The notes below the pieces were generated by a model. That model did not search any database. It worked only from the letters and a program-made list of their open reading frames with translations, and was not told where the DNA came from. 64,000 bases of DNA from Anaeramoeba ignava BMAN (Eukaryota; Protista; Anaeramoebae): contig JAPDFW010000081.1 in NCBI GenBank assembly GCA_028826165.1, forward strand, positions 868,001 through 932,000. Direction: 5' to 3'. Shown here piece after piece: positions 23,026 through 36,220 of this stretch (position 1 is the stretch's first letter; every line of letters starts with the position of its first letter). A program made the position numbers and the translations under genes.

Positions 23026-25867
23026 ATGAATCCTTTTTTACAAGGTTTAAATCAAGCTGTTTCTTCAATAAATAAAAATTTACAACCAAAAAGATCACAA
23101 ACAGAAGAAAAAGAAAAGAAAAAGAAGAAGAAATTGGGATAGATTTATCAAGTGAAGATAATTCAGAAGATTTTTTAGAAGATGAATATGAAAATAAAAA
23201 TAAATTTGAAAATGAATTTGAAAATAAATTTGAAAATGAAAAAGAAAAAACAAAGAAAAAAAAGCCTAAAAAAAGAAGTGCAAAATCATTTCAAACAATG
23301 GATTTGAATAAAAATACATTTAGAGGAGTTAATTTTTGTGGATATAAAACACCAACACCAATTCAAAGAAAAACAATAACACACATTTTTAAAGGAAGAG
23401 ATATTGTCGCAATGGCGCGAACTGGATCAGGAAAAACAGGAGCATTTTTAATACCCATCATAAATCAATTAAGGAAACACGAGGACAAAGTAGGATGTCG
23501 GGCGTTAATATTGAGCCCGACAAGAGAAATAGCGTTACAAACATTACGATTTGCGAAAAAAATAGGGAAATTTACTGGACTCCGTTTTTCCGTTCTTGTT
23601 GGCGGTCATGCCATAGAGGGCCAGTTCGAAAGACTTGCGGCAAATCCTGATGTAATTATTGCCACGCCAGGAAGGCTTTTGCACTTGCTAAAGGAAATCC
23701 CCACGTTCAAATTATCTGCAACTCAATTTCTTGTTATGGATGAAGCTGACCAACTTTTTGACATGGGATTCCAAGAGCAAATCACAGATATTCTGCGGCA
23801 TCTTCCCGTAGAGAAACAAACTCTTCTTTTCTCAGCAACAATGCCTAAACTTCTTATTGAATTCGTTAATCTTGGGTTAAATAACCCCAAAATGATTAGA
23901 CTTGATGTCGATTTTTCAATTAGTCCGAATTTGTCAATGAATTTCTTCTCTCTTCGTTTGGAAGATAAAACTCCCGCTCTTTTGTACTTGATTTTCAATG
24001 TTATCAAATTAAATCCCGTTATCAACAACGAAGAAAATCGGAACCAACTTATGCAAACTCGTTCGAAATCGAAAAATTCCAAAAAATTCAGCACAAACAA
24101 GCAATCCCCAAAAATCCCATCCAAACAAAAAGACTTCAAAGACCAGACAATCATCTTTGTAAGCACAAGGCATCACGTTGAATTTTTCAGCAAGCTTCTC
24201 GAGCACCACGGGGTGATGTCGTCGTGTATCTATGGAAAAATGGATCAACAACTCAGGAATGAAAATATCGAATCATTTCGAAAAGGAAAAACCCAATTTT
24301 TAATTGTGACTGATATTGCAGCAAGAGGAATAGACATCCCTCTTTTGGATCATGTTATCAACTTTGATTTTCCTCCAAAACCAAAGCTTTATATCCATCG
24401 TGTTGGAAGAGTCGCAAGACGCGATCGCAAAGGAAATGCGTTCAATTTAATTTCGAATGATGAGCTTCCTTATCTTTTTGATCTCTTTATATTTCTTGAC
24501 AAAATAGACATCAACAAAGATTTCAATTTTGATTTCGAGACTCGATTTATTCGACAAAAGGAACAGACCATCAACGATCTGCAAATTCAAGATTCCCGCC
24601 ATAATATCGGAAAATTTCCACAATCCATGATTGATTCCAATTCAGATTCTGTTGAAAAACTGATTGCAATGGATTCCCAACTTGAGTCTCTCTTTAAATC
24701 AATGAAAAATTCCTACCAGATTTATCACAAAACAAGGCCGCAACCTTCTTCAATTGGCATTTCAAAAGCAAAAACATTTTCCCTCTTTAATCAGAGTCTT
24801 CCTTTCCACAATCTTCTTGAAAAGAATGCTGATCAAGGTAAAATTTCTCGAGAAAAATTTGTTGCTCAAATTCATGAATTTCGACCCAAACAGACAATTT
24901 TCGAAGTTGGAATTGATCCAAATTCTCTTCTTAATTCAAAAAAAGGAGCTGAAGTTAATAAAAGTGCGCTTATTATGATTGATAAAAGGAGTAGAGATGA
25001 AGACAAGATTGAGAAAGTTAATCAAACAAAAAATTTATATAAATCGAAAATGGAAGTTTTAAATACAAATCAAAATACAAATCAAAATACAAATCAAAAT
25101 ACAAATCAAAATTTAAATCAAAATACAAATCAAAATTCAAATCAAAATTCAAATCAAACTAAATCAAAATCATTCAAACAAGAAGAATTTTACATTCCAT
25201 ATATTCCTCAAAATGCTTTTAAAGAGGATGCTCTTCAAATAACAAGCAAATTTTCTAATGGAAACAAAGAAACAAAAACATTAGAAGAATCTGTTTTAGA
25301 TATAATTCCTGACGAAAGAGACTCAATCATTCAAAAGAAAAATATTCTTCGTTGGGACAGAAAAAAAAAGAAATTTGTCCACTCAGTTATGGGAAAAGGG
25401 GCTTGGATTCATGGAGAACAAACAATTCGGAATGAAAGTGGACAACGTATTCTTCAAAAAAATCTTGTCAAAAAAAATTTATATGAAAAATGGAAATCAA
25501 AAACTCATTTGAGAATTCAAACTGAAGGGGAAAAAGAAGATCATTCAATTTCTTCAAGAAGAAAACCTCTCCCATTAATTCTTCAAAATTTACCAAGACA
25601 TCAAACAAATCAAAAAGCAAAACAAGAATTATTAAATGAAGAACAAATTAGAAGAAAAAGAAGAATTAATGAAAGAAATAAATTAAAAATGAATCAAAAT
25701 CAAAATAATCAAAAATCAAAAATCAAAATCAAAATCAAAAAAATTCACCTTCTAAATCTCAAGGAAAACAAAATCAAAGACAAAATCAAAGACAAAATCA
25801 AAAACCAAAACCTTTTGCAAAGAAACATAGATCATCAAAAATGCGTTCATTTAAAAAAAGGAAATGA
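23026..25867 (+). CDS. DDX54: DEAD-box RNA helicase DDX54/Dbp10 (frameshifts at ~23115 and ~25715)
   Basis: PTPIQRKTI, AMARTGSGKT, SPTREIALQ, DEAD, SAT, ARGIDIP, HRVGRVAR; DBP10 C-terminal WDRKKKKFV and IRNESG. Confidence 0.93.
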
Positions 25868-26005
25868 AATTTTTTTTTTTCTTTCTTTCTTTCTTTAAAA
25901 AATAAAAAATTTTTAGATTTCATTTTTTCATTTTTTCATTTTTTCTTGAATAAATTTAATTAAAATTATAAAATTATAAAAAAAAAACTAAATTTTTATA
26001 ATTAA

Positions 26006-29000
26006 ATGGAAATATCAGGAATTTATTTGTTTCTTATAATTATTTTTGGATTTTCAATTGTTATTTTATTTTTCAGATTAATTAAAAAATTAATTTTTGT
26101 CAGTTGGAAAGCTTGTTTTCCTTTTGCAAAAAATAGAAATGGACCCAAATTTTTTTATTGGATTCGTTATTTAAATGACAAAACAAAATTATTTCTTTCT
26201 CATTATTTTTCGATTCGACATACTTTTGGATATTTTTGGGTAATTAACATTTTCATTTCAAAATTTTAATTTTATTTTTAATTTTAATTTGAATTTTAAT
26301 TTCATTAGGAAATATCACAAGATTTTGTTACAATTATTGCAATTATAATTTTTATTATTGAACAATATTATCAAGATAATCAGAAATTGTTTTCATTTGA
26401 AATTGTTATGGCTTCTTTTTTTGCAATAGATTATCTTATGAGATTTTTAGTTTGTGATAATAAAATGAAATTTTTTTATTCCAAATGGGGGTTGATAGAT
26501 TTTGCCACTTTTATGCCAGTTTTTATAGCGTAATTTATTATTTGAATTTTAAATATTATTTAATTATTAAATTATTAAATTATTTATTGGATAGGATGAT
26601 TCTTTCAAAAAATCAAATTAATGATGAATTACAAGTACTTAGAGCTCTTAGAGTTCTTAGAATTCTGAGAGTTTTTCGTTTTCTTTTATACACATCTTCA
26701 GGTAAAATATATATATATATATATAAATAATAAATATATTTTTATATATATTTTTATTTTTATATTTTATCATTTAGAAATTTCAAGACAAATTTTAAAA
26801 GTTGGTTTAACTTTTATCGCTTTAATTTTAATCACATCAACAATGATAAGATTTATAGAAAAATATAGAAACACGAATGAATTAAATTTTCACGATTCTA
26901 TTTACTTCATTATTGTAAGTATCACAACTGTTGGATATGGAGATATAACACCAGGATCTGATTTGGGAAGATTAGTTGTTGTTATTATGCTACTTGTTAC
27001 ACTATTTGTTGTGCCCTATCAAGTAAATATTAAAAAAAAAAACAATTTAAGTTGTTTGTTTTTTTGACAAGAAAATTTTCCCTAAAACAAAAAAAATTTT
27101 TTTTTTCATTGAATTTTTCTTTTCTTATTTGAATAAAAAAAATAATTTAGATTTCTGAATTATCAAGTCTTGTCAGTAGTCGAACAGCATATCTGGGATC
27201 ATACTCACAATCCAAGAAAGCCAAGCATATAGTTCTATCTGGAGATGTAACATACTCATCACTTTTCCATTTCGCACATGAGTTTTTCTACTCGTACAAT
27301 TCACGAGAGAAAGTGAACATAGTTGTTTTAATGCGAAACAAACCAAGTCACGAAATCAAGCAACTTCTCAGACACCCCAAATTCCATGGGAGAATACAAT
27401 GGTTGAATGGTTCACCGATTGACGAACACGATCTCTTGCGAGCAGATATTCATTCAAGTTGGGGATTCTTCACTTTGGCGAATAAGTTCTCGACCAATGT
27501 TGAGGAATCGGATTCCAAAAACATTTTTTCCTCATTGGTTGTGCGACAAATCTCGCCAGAAACACCAATTTTTGCGCAATCAATACGTTCTATTTCCAAT
27601 GAGCAGTTTAGAACGCTTGATGTTGAGAGAATTCTATGTGTCGATATTCTCAAAAATTATATTTTAGCAATGAGTTGTTTGAGTCCTGGATTTTCAACGC
27701 TTATTTTCAATCTGCTCAGATCATATGCGAGCTTTGACGTCTCATCTGAGCAGTGGAACATAATGCAAAATATGAATAACGCAGAGCCTGATTGGGAGAA
27801 GGAATGTTTTCATAGCTCGCTGATGAAAATCTATGTTCTCAAGCTCCCCAAGTTTTATGAGGGAAGATTATTCTCAGATATTTCCACAAGTCTCCGCAGG
27901 GTTGAGATCTGTGTATTCGGTGTTGCGGTTCTGGACGATTCAGTACAGAAGGTGTGTGTGATGAATCCTGGATCCACTTACAAAATACAGCCCGATGACG
28001 TTGTATTTATCTTAGCGGATTCCAAAGAAAAAGTGGAACAAGCCTTTTTTAACTCTTCAGATGAAAAAGATTATCTTCTTGCAATTCAATCAAATGACAT
28101 CCAAATTGACAATTTTCTCATATCTTCAAAAACCACTTCTCTCACTGAAAAACTTGCTTTATCGCAACTCGATATTTACAAAGAAGATAACGGAATGACG
28201 ATACACCCCCAAACAAACGAGTCACTGAAACTAGTTCAGGATGTGATCAATGAGAAGGAAATTTTTGGAGGAAAAAATTCTGATCAAGAAGATTTTGATC
28301 CAAAAAATTTTCATTTGAAAAAATTCCTCACAAAAGGATCTCCATTTGCGAACGAAGAAATGATGGACAATCCATTTTCGTCGCCAAGAGCACTTATTGG
28401 ATTGGAAGATGATGAGGAGCAAAGCCATCCTCTTTTCGACAGTTTGGATCCTGAAACAACGTATCTTGATGATGAACCGCATTCACTGGAATCGTGCACA
28501 CTTGAGAACTGCACAAATTTCCGCGGGCACATTATCATTACTGGATGCACAAACAGTCTCCATCATTTTGTTGCTTGTTTGCGCTCACGCAGATGGGGAA
28601 AACTTTATCCGGTTGTGATTTTTAATCCCTGATATTTCTACAAATGATTGGAGAGAAGTTTCCCGTTTTCCAGATGTTTATTATTTGGCTGGAAATATCA
28701 AATCAAGCCATGATCTCTCAAGAGTCGGTGTTGATCGCTCAGGTAGAGTTATTATCCTTACAAACAAAGTCAAGGTGTCTGAAAATCTACAGAGTAAATC
28801 TGCTGATGAATTTTTTGTTGATGCTGACAATATCTTTGCAATAAGAGGAATCGAATCTCGTGAGAATTTCCCTTTTGTAATTTCTGAGATTGTTCATTCA
28901 AGTAATCTTTGTTACATGAAATCTCGAGCTTTGAATCGACGTTTTGAGCGCAAAGCCTTTCACAATAATATCAATTTACAAAATGAAAATGAAAATCAAA

Positions 29001-29782
29001 AAAATCAAAAAAATCAAAATCAAAAAAATCAAAATCAAAAAAATCAAAATCAAAAAAATCAAAAAAATCAAAAAAATCAAAAAAATCAAAAAAATCAAAA
29101 TTTAAATCAAAAAAATTTAACCAAAAAAATCTCCAGTTCTCATATTCTCACTAAAATTGATTTTGTCAACTATGTTCTTCATCCTTATTTCGTCAGTGGT
29201 CGCGTTTTTTTAACTTCTGTTCTTGATGAACTATTTGCTTGGATATTCTGGGTTCCTGATCTTCTTCCTGTTCTTTCACAACTTATTATCGGTACACACC
29301 ATAAAATAACATCTTTTTCTCATTTGGAGATTCAGCAATCAAAACTTTTCATGATGAAAATCACATCCCGTTTAATTGGAAAAGAATTCTCTTTTGTTTA
29401 TAAAATACTTCTTGATGAATTTGGAATTTTGCCAATTGCTATTTATCGTTCAGGTTCAAGTTATCAAAATCCTTCACCTTTCCCTTATGTCTATACAAAT
29501 CCACGTTCAACAACTATTTTATTTACTGGAGACCGCCTTTTTGTTCTTGCTCCAGATGTAGAGGTTATTAGAAGAGCAAATGAAATTGATGCTGATGAAA
29601 ATCAAGAAGATCATCAAGTGATTTTAGAAGATGATGATTCTAATGAAAATGAGAAATTACAAAACCAAAGTGCAGATTTGGAAATTTTTTCAAGATCAGA
29701 AGAAGATGATGAAAATGGAAATGAGAATGAAAATGATAAAAGTACTGTAGTACTTTTTTCTGATGATTTTAGTGATATTTAA
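26006..29782 (+). CDS. Slo/BK-family K+ channel alpha subunit with two RCK domains (4 introns, frameshift at ~28629)
   Basis: S4 LRALRVLRILRVFR; pore SITTVGYGDI; RCK HIVLSG, GSPIDEHDLLRA, LAMSCLSPGFSTLIFNL, GHIIITG, PYFVSGRVF, YVYTNP. Confidence 0.93.
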
Positions 29783-29972
29783 GAATTTTGAAAAGAAAAC
29801 AAGAAGAATTTTAAAAAGAAAAAAACAATTAATATTTTTGTTGATATTTTGTTTATCTTTTTTATCTTTTTGTTGTTGAATAAAATTAATTTTAATTTTA
29901 ATTTTGATTTTAAATTTTAATTTTAATTTTAATTTTTGATTTTTGATTTTTGAAATGAATGCTCAATAATCC

Positions 29973-32832
29973 TTAATATTGAAAATCTACATCTTTCTCA
30001 ATAAGAGTTTGAATTTCCTTTTTCAACATTAAGATGTGCTTTTTATAAGCTGATATTTCTCTTCTGAGTTGGTTATGTTGAAGATTAAGAGAATCATTCT
30101 TTTCTTGCAAATCTTGCAATAAAGAGTTGAGTCTTTTGATTTCTGTTTTGTTGAAATCTGCCAAAGATTCAGTCTCATTCAGTTGTTGTTGCAAATGAGT
30201 AATTGAATCCTTCAGAGTTTCATTTTCTTTATCTGTTTGGTTGATTAACCTATTCAATCTACGTTTTTCCTTGTTTGATTCATTTAGCATCATTGAGAGG
30301 TTCTGTAGCTCTGTTGCTTTATCATCGACATCCTTTTGTGCTTTCTGAAGAAGATTTGCTGTTAAATTATTTTGCATTTTTTGGGACTCAAGCTCATCTT
30401 GCACTCTATTTAATTGAGAAATTGGAACAAGTGATTTGCGTTGTTCTTGAAGTTGATCCACTTCCATTTGCAATCTTCTCGATAAATCACTTGATTTTCT
30501 TAATGAATCTTCAAGGTTAAGAATATCATCATTTTTTCTTGTGTTATCTTGTTTTAAATCATCGATTTTTCCAACCAAAAGTATTTTTTCTTCTTGTTCT
30601 TTCCGCAATTGATTCATAAGTTGTCCAATATTGTTCTTGACAGAGAAGAGGATTTTATCGCTTGGTGAATGAGGCTCAACGGAAAAGAATAATGTTTCAT
30701 ATGTTGATGGGTCAATTCCCAGTTGATGTGCCTTTTGTACTGAAATTGGTTTTACGAAGAAATTGGGATAATAATAAGTAATCAAACTAACAAAATTTTC
30801 CACATCAAGTGTTTCATTAATTGGGTAATTTCCTTCTGTTCTAATCAATGAGAAGGGGAATCCTTTCAAGCTATAATCTTGTGGTGCAAGATGTATTTTG
30901 TCAATTGAGCCTTCAACAAAAAATTGATTTCCGATCTTGCGATTGTTTGTTTTTATTGATTTGAATAGTTTCTTCCCAAATAAAGCTACAAGTGCAAAAT
31001 TTCTTAGTGATACTGGTTTTGATTCGAATCCTGAATATCTTCTTCCAGTAAGTTGGTATTTTAAATCTCGAACCATATCTTTATATTTTTCGAGTTCTTT
31101 TTCTATTATTTGGTAATATTGTTTTTGGGTTGAAAGCGATCGTATTTTTTCTTGAAGCGGTATTAAAGCTAATAATTTAATATTATTTTTAAATATTTTT
31201 TAATATTTTTGAATATTATTTTTTAAATATTATTTTTAAATATTATTTTTAAATATTTTTAAATATTATTTTTGAATATTTTTGAATATTTTTAAATATT
31301 TTTTAAATATTATTTGAATATTTTTGAATATTATTTTTAAATATTTTTGAATATTTTTAAATATTTTTAAATATTTTTTGAATATTATTTTTAAATATTA
31401 TTGAATATTATTTTTAAATATTTTTAAATATTATTTTTAAATTATTTGAATATTTTTTGAATATTATTTGAATATACCTCTCACAAGAATATGAATTCCT
31501 TGCATTAATTTCTGATTCTCCTTTTCTTTTGTTGATATTTGAGATGAAAGAAAAGATTCTGTGCTTTTTAATTCATTAATTTGTTTTTGAGCAATTCCAA
31601 GATCATTTTCAAGATTTCTATTTGTTCTTGATAAATGAAATACGATTTTTAATTGAACCTAAATCTTTTTGAAGATCTGGATTTGATAATATTTGAGAAC
31701 GTTGCATTTCATCAAACTTTCTTTGATCCCCAGAAAGAATATGTTTAAACATTTCTTGAATAATTGATAGATCATTGTTTAATTGAATTTTATCATTGAA
31801 ATTTTTTCGATTTTCATTCTCTAAAGATCTCTTTTCATTTTCAAGTAATTGATTTTGAGAATTCAAGTGAATAATCAGTTGTTCTTTTTGTTCTGCATCG
31901 TCTGCTAGTTTTTTATTCTCTTGAAGTTGTTTTTGAAACGATCTTTTCAACGCACGATGTTCTCTTTGAAGTTTTTCATATTCTTTTTGCAAATTTGAAC
32001 TCATTATTTGAGAATTTGAAATTTCCTTTTGAATTTCATCGAATTGTTTCTGCATGTTTTTTGCTTGATCTTGTACTTGATTTCGCTCATCTCGAAGTCG
32101 AGAATTTAATAGAGAAAGATCTTGTGTTGATTTATTTAGTCGATCAATTTCAGCGTCTTTTTCTGCCATAAGTTTGTTTAATTCTTCTTGAAGTGTAAAT
32201 GTGTTTGATTTATATTTCAGAAGGTCTGTTAATTGATCTCGTAAATCTGTGATTAATTTTTCTTGTTTTTCACCATCTGCTTTAAGAATTGTCTATTAAA
32301 AGATTTTAAATTTTAATTTTAATTTTAATTTTAATTTTAATTTAATTTTGATTTTAATTTTAATTTTAATAATTTAAATTTAATTTTAATTTTAATTTTA
32401 ATTTTAATTTTAATTTTAATTTTAATTTTAATTTTAATTTTAATTTTAATTATAATTTTAATATTAATTTTAATTATAATTTTAATTTTAATTTTAATTT
32501 TAATTTTAATTTTGATTTTAATTTTAATTTTAATTTCAATTTAATTTTAATATTAATTTTGATTTTGATTTTAATTTTAATTTCAATTTTAATTATAATT
32601 TTAATTTTAATTTTAATTTTAATTTCAAATTAATTTTAATTTTAATTTTAATTTTAATTTTAATTTTAATTTATATTTTAATATAAATTTTAATTTTAAA
32701 TTTTTTATTCGTTAATAATTGGCTTTCTTTTATAAATTTTATATAAATTTAGTTTGTGTTTTCTTTTTATTTAATTCTTACAGAAATTCTACGATCAAGT
32801 TTTGAAGGAAATGTTGAAAAAAAATTACTCAT
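29973..32832 (-). CDS. Long coiled-coil protein (introns 31169-31477 and 32293-32781; frameshift at ~31630)
   Basis: Heptad-rich ORFs 31618-32169 and 29973-31076 joined by in-frame GT-AG introns. Confidence 0.7.
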
Positions 32833-33095
32833 TGTACGTAATCAAAATGATAAAAAAAAAAATGAAAAAAATTTTTTTGGAAATTTTTTTTTTGCTTTTT
32901 TTATTGTTTTATTTTTATTTTTATTTTTGTTTATTATTAAAAATAGAACTTATTAATCTGAATAAAGAATAACCATTTTTTTTTTTGAATAAATTTTTAA
33001 AAGAATCAAACCAAAATTTTGTTTTTGTGTTTGTTAAAAAATAAATCAAAAAAAATGTCAAATTTAAAAAAAATAATTAGAAAAAAATTTTCCAA

Positions 33096-35974
33096 TTATT
33101 TTTTGGAATTTAAAGAAATATTTTTGAAGAAATAACTAAAAGTATTAAAAAATCGAATTTTATCTTCTGAACTTTCATATTGTAAATAAAATTGTTGATT
33201 TCTAGACATCAATCTCAAAATTTTATCTTTTTTTGGATGATGAGCAACTTTTGTATTTTTGATTGGAATAGATAAATTGACTCCTGGCAATCCAATATAA
33301 GTTCCAATAATAAGTGTTTCTTCAAAATTAAGTTTTATTTTTTTTCCGGTTTCATTTAATTTTCGGTCAAGTTCCATCACTACGAATTCTTTTTGTCTTT
33401 CTAATTCTTTTTGTCTTTGTAATTCTTGTTGTCTTTCTAATTCTTGTTTTCTTTCTAATTCTTGTTGTTTTTCTAATTCATTTTGTTTTTCTAATTCATT
33501 TTGTTTTTCTAATTCATTTTGTCTTTCTAATTCTTGTTGTCTTTCTAATTCTTGTTGTCTTTCTAATTCTTGTTGTCTTTCTAATTCTTGTTGTCTTTCT
33601 AATTCTTGTTGTCTTTCTAATTCATTTTGTCTTTCTAATTCTTGTTTTCTTTCTAATTCATTTTTTTTTTGTAATTCTTTTTGTCTTTCTAATTCTTGTT
33701 GTTTTTGTAATTCTTGTTTTCTTTGTAATTCTTGTTGTCTTTCTAATTCTTGTTGTCTTTCTAATTCTTGTTTTCTTTCTAATTCATTTTGTTTTTCTAA
33801 TTCATTTTGTTTTTCTAATTCATTTTGTTTTTCTAATTCATTTTGTCTTTCTAATTCTTGTTTTCTTTCTAATTCTTGTTGTCTTTCTAATTCTTGTTGT
33901 TTTTGTAATTCATTTTGTCTTTCTAATTCATTTTGTTTTTCTAATTCTTGTTTTCTTTCTAATTCTTGTTGTCTTTCTAATTCTTGTTGTCTTTCTAATT
34001 CTTGTTGTCTTTCTAATTCATTTTGTCTTTCTAATTCATTTTGTTTTTCTAATTCATTTTGTTTTCTTTCTAATTCTTGTTGTTTTTGTAATTCTTGTTT
34101 TCTTTGTAATTCTTGTTGTTTTTGTAATTCTTTTTGTTTTTCTAATTCTTGTTTTCTTTCTAATTCTTGTTGTCTTTCTAATTCTTGTTTTCTTTCTAAT
34201 TCTTGTTTTCTTTCTAATTCTTGTTTTCTTTCTAATTCTTGTTGTCTTTCTAATTCTTGTTGTCTTTCTAATTCATTTTGTCTTTCTAATTCATTTTGTT
34301 TTTCTAATTCATTTTGTTGTTTTTCTGAAGAATCATTTTTGTCAATTTCCAAATCTTGTATTTCTTGTTGTTTTTCTATAAGTTTCATTTTAAGTTTTTC
34401 TTTTTTCTCTTTTTTAATACTTTTATGTTTTTGTTCTTTTTCAAGTTGAGATTGATTATATAATAAAGTGTATATTTGTTGAGGTGTTGGAACTTCACTA
34501 AATAACATTGGAGAATCAGATGGAAGGATATCTTTTTGTTGATAAATTTGTTCAGGTTTATTAAAAATTAAGAAAGTTTGAAGAATTAATTCTGCATAAG
34601 TTGATGAAGCGCAAAGAATTGAAATATGCTTATCATTTATGTCAATTTTAAGTATTTTTTCATCTGAAACAAAACGTGAGCACTTTAAAAAATAATCGAA
34701 ATTTTAATTTGAATTTAATTGATTTTGAATTTAATTTGATTTAAATTTGATTTTGAATTTGATTTTTAATTTGATTTTTAATTTGATTTAATTTGATTTG
34801 TAATTTGATTTAATTTGATTTTAATTTGATTTAAATTTGAATTTGATTTGATTTGATTTGATTTTTAATTTGATTTAAATTTGTAATTTGAATTTGATTT
34901 AATTTGATTTTAATTTGTAATTTGAATTTGAATTTGAATTTGATTTTGAATTTAATTTGATTTTGATTTTAATTTGATTTTGATTTTGAATTGGTTTTAA
35001 ATTGTTTTTAAATTGTTTACAGAAAGATGAATTGACCAAAAAAATGTAAAAGAATCAAAAACTTTGCTGGGTGTAATTTTAAAATGATCCAAATTAAATT
35101 GGAGTGTTGATTCAATCATTTCTTTTTGAAAATAAACAGTCACTGAAAACTTAACAAATCCTTTTTCAAAAAAGACATTAGATAAAGCTCCAATTTCATC
35201 ATTAACTAAAATTAAAATTAAAATTGAAATTAAAATTAAAATTAAAATTTAAATCCAAAATTAAAATTAAAATCAAAATTAAAATTAAAATTAAAATTAA
35301 AATTATAATCAAAATATATTAACCTGGCATTATTGCTCCTACTATATCAATATTTTCTGGAATTTGATTAGGTAAATCCCCATAATATTTATTCAATCCA
35401 AAAGTTTTACAGATAATATATCTATTATGCCTACTTTCAGCTTCAATTAAATAACCAAATTCATCTGGAAATTGAATTCGAAAAATATTATGATTTTCTG
35501 GATCAAGAAATAACTATTAATAAATAAAGAATAAAGAATTGTAAATAAAGAATTGTAAATAAAGAATTGTAAATAAAGAATTGTAAATAAAGAATTGTAA
35601 ATAAAGAATAAAGGATTTTTTAATGTTTTATTATTTTAAAATGTAACGCTTTTGTACTTCAATTTCTTCATATTTATGAGTTCTTATTTTTTGTGGGTTT
35701 CTTTTAAGAATTATTATAACTTCTTTTGAATTTAATTGTAAAATTGCTTCTTCTTGAGTTTTTGAAATAATAATTACCTTTTAAAAAAAAATTTTTAAAG
35801 TTATTTTTTTTTAAATTTAATTTAAAAATGTTCTTAAAATTTTTTTATGAAATAAAAGTGAATAAAAGTTACATTAAAAGAAGTATTTTGTTTGGAAAAA
35901 TTATTATTAATAATCTTCACTACTTCAGATAAAGATTGTTTAGGATTAAAAATTGGTGTTGAAGTTGTTGTCAT
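33096..35974 (-). CDS. Multi-exon protein with repeated PH-like domains and a long (ELERQQ)n charged helical repeat
   Basis: Start MTTTSTPIFNP; several GT-AG introns; ~50 copies of an 18-bp unit at 33390-34320; repeated FLDPENHNIFRI / HHPKKDKILRL-type segments. Confidence 0.6.
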
Positions 35975-36220
35975 TTATTAATAATTAAATTAAATTAAAA
36001 TTTTTTTTTTAAAAAAGAAAAAAATGAAAAAAAAAATTATTTTTAATTTTTAAATTAAATTTTTTAAATAGATTTCAAAAAAAAAAGGAATTTTGATCAA
36101 AAAAAATAAAAACAGAAACTAAAAAAAAATTATTTTGATGATTTGAATTTTTCATTTTCATTTTTTTCTTTTCCATTGTTTTCTGATTTTTTCTTAATTG
36201 GATTAAATTTTTTTTTTCAA

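Noticed and set aside
24010-24145. Insertion in DDX54 between the RecA domains as a possible intein
   Set aside because: Only ~45 aa, low complexity, no C/S start or HN-C/S/T end; Dbp10 proteins commonly have a variable insert here.
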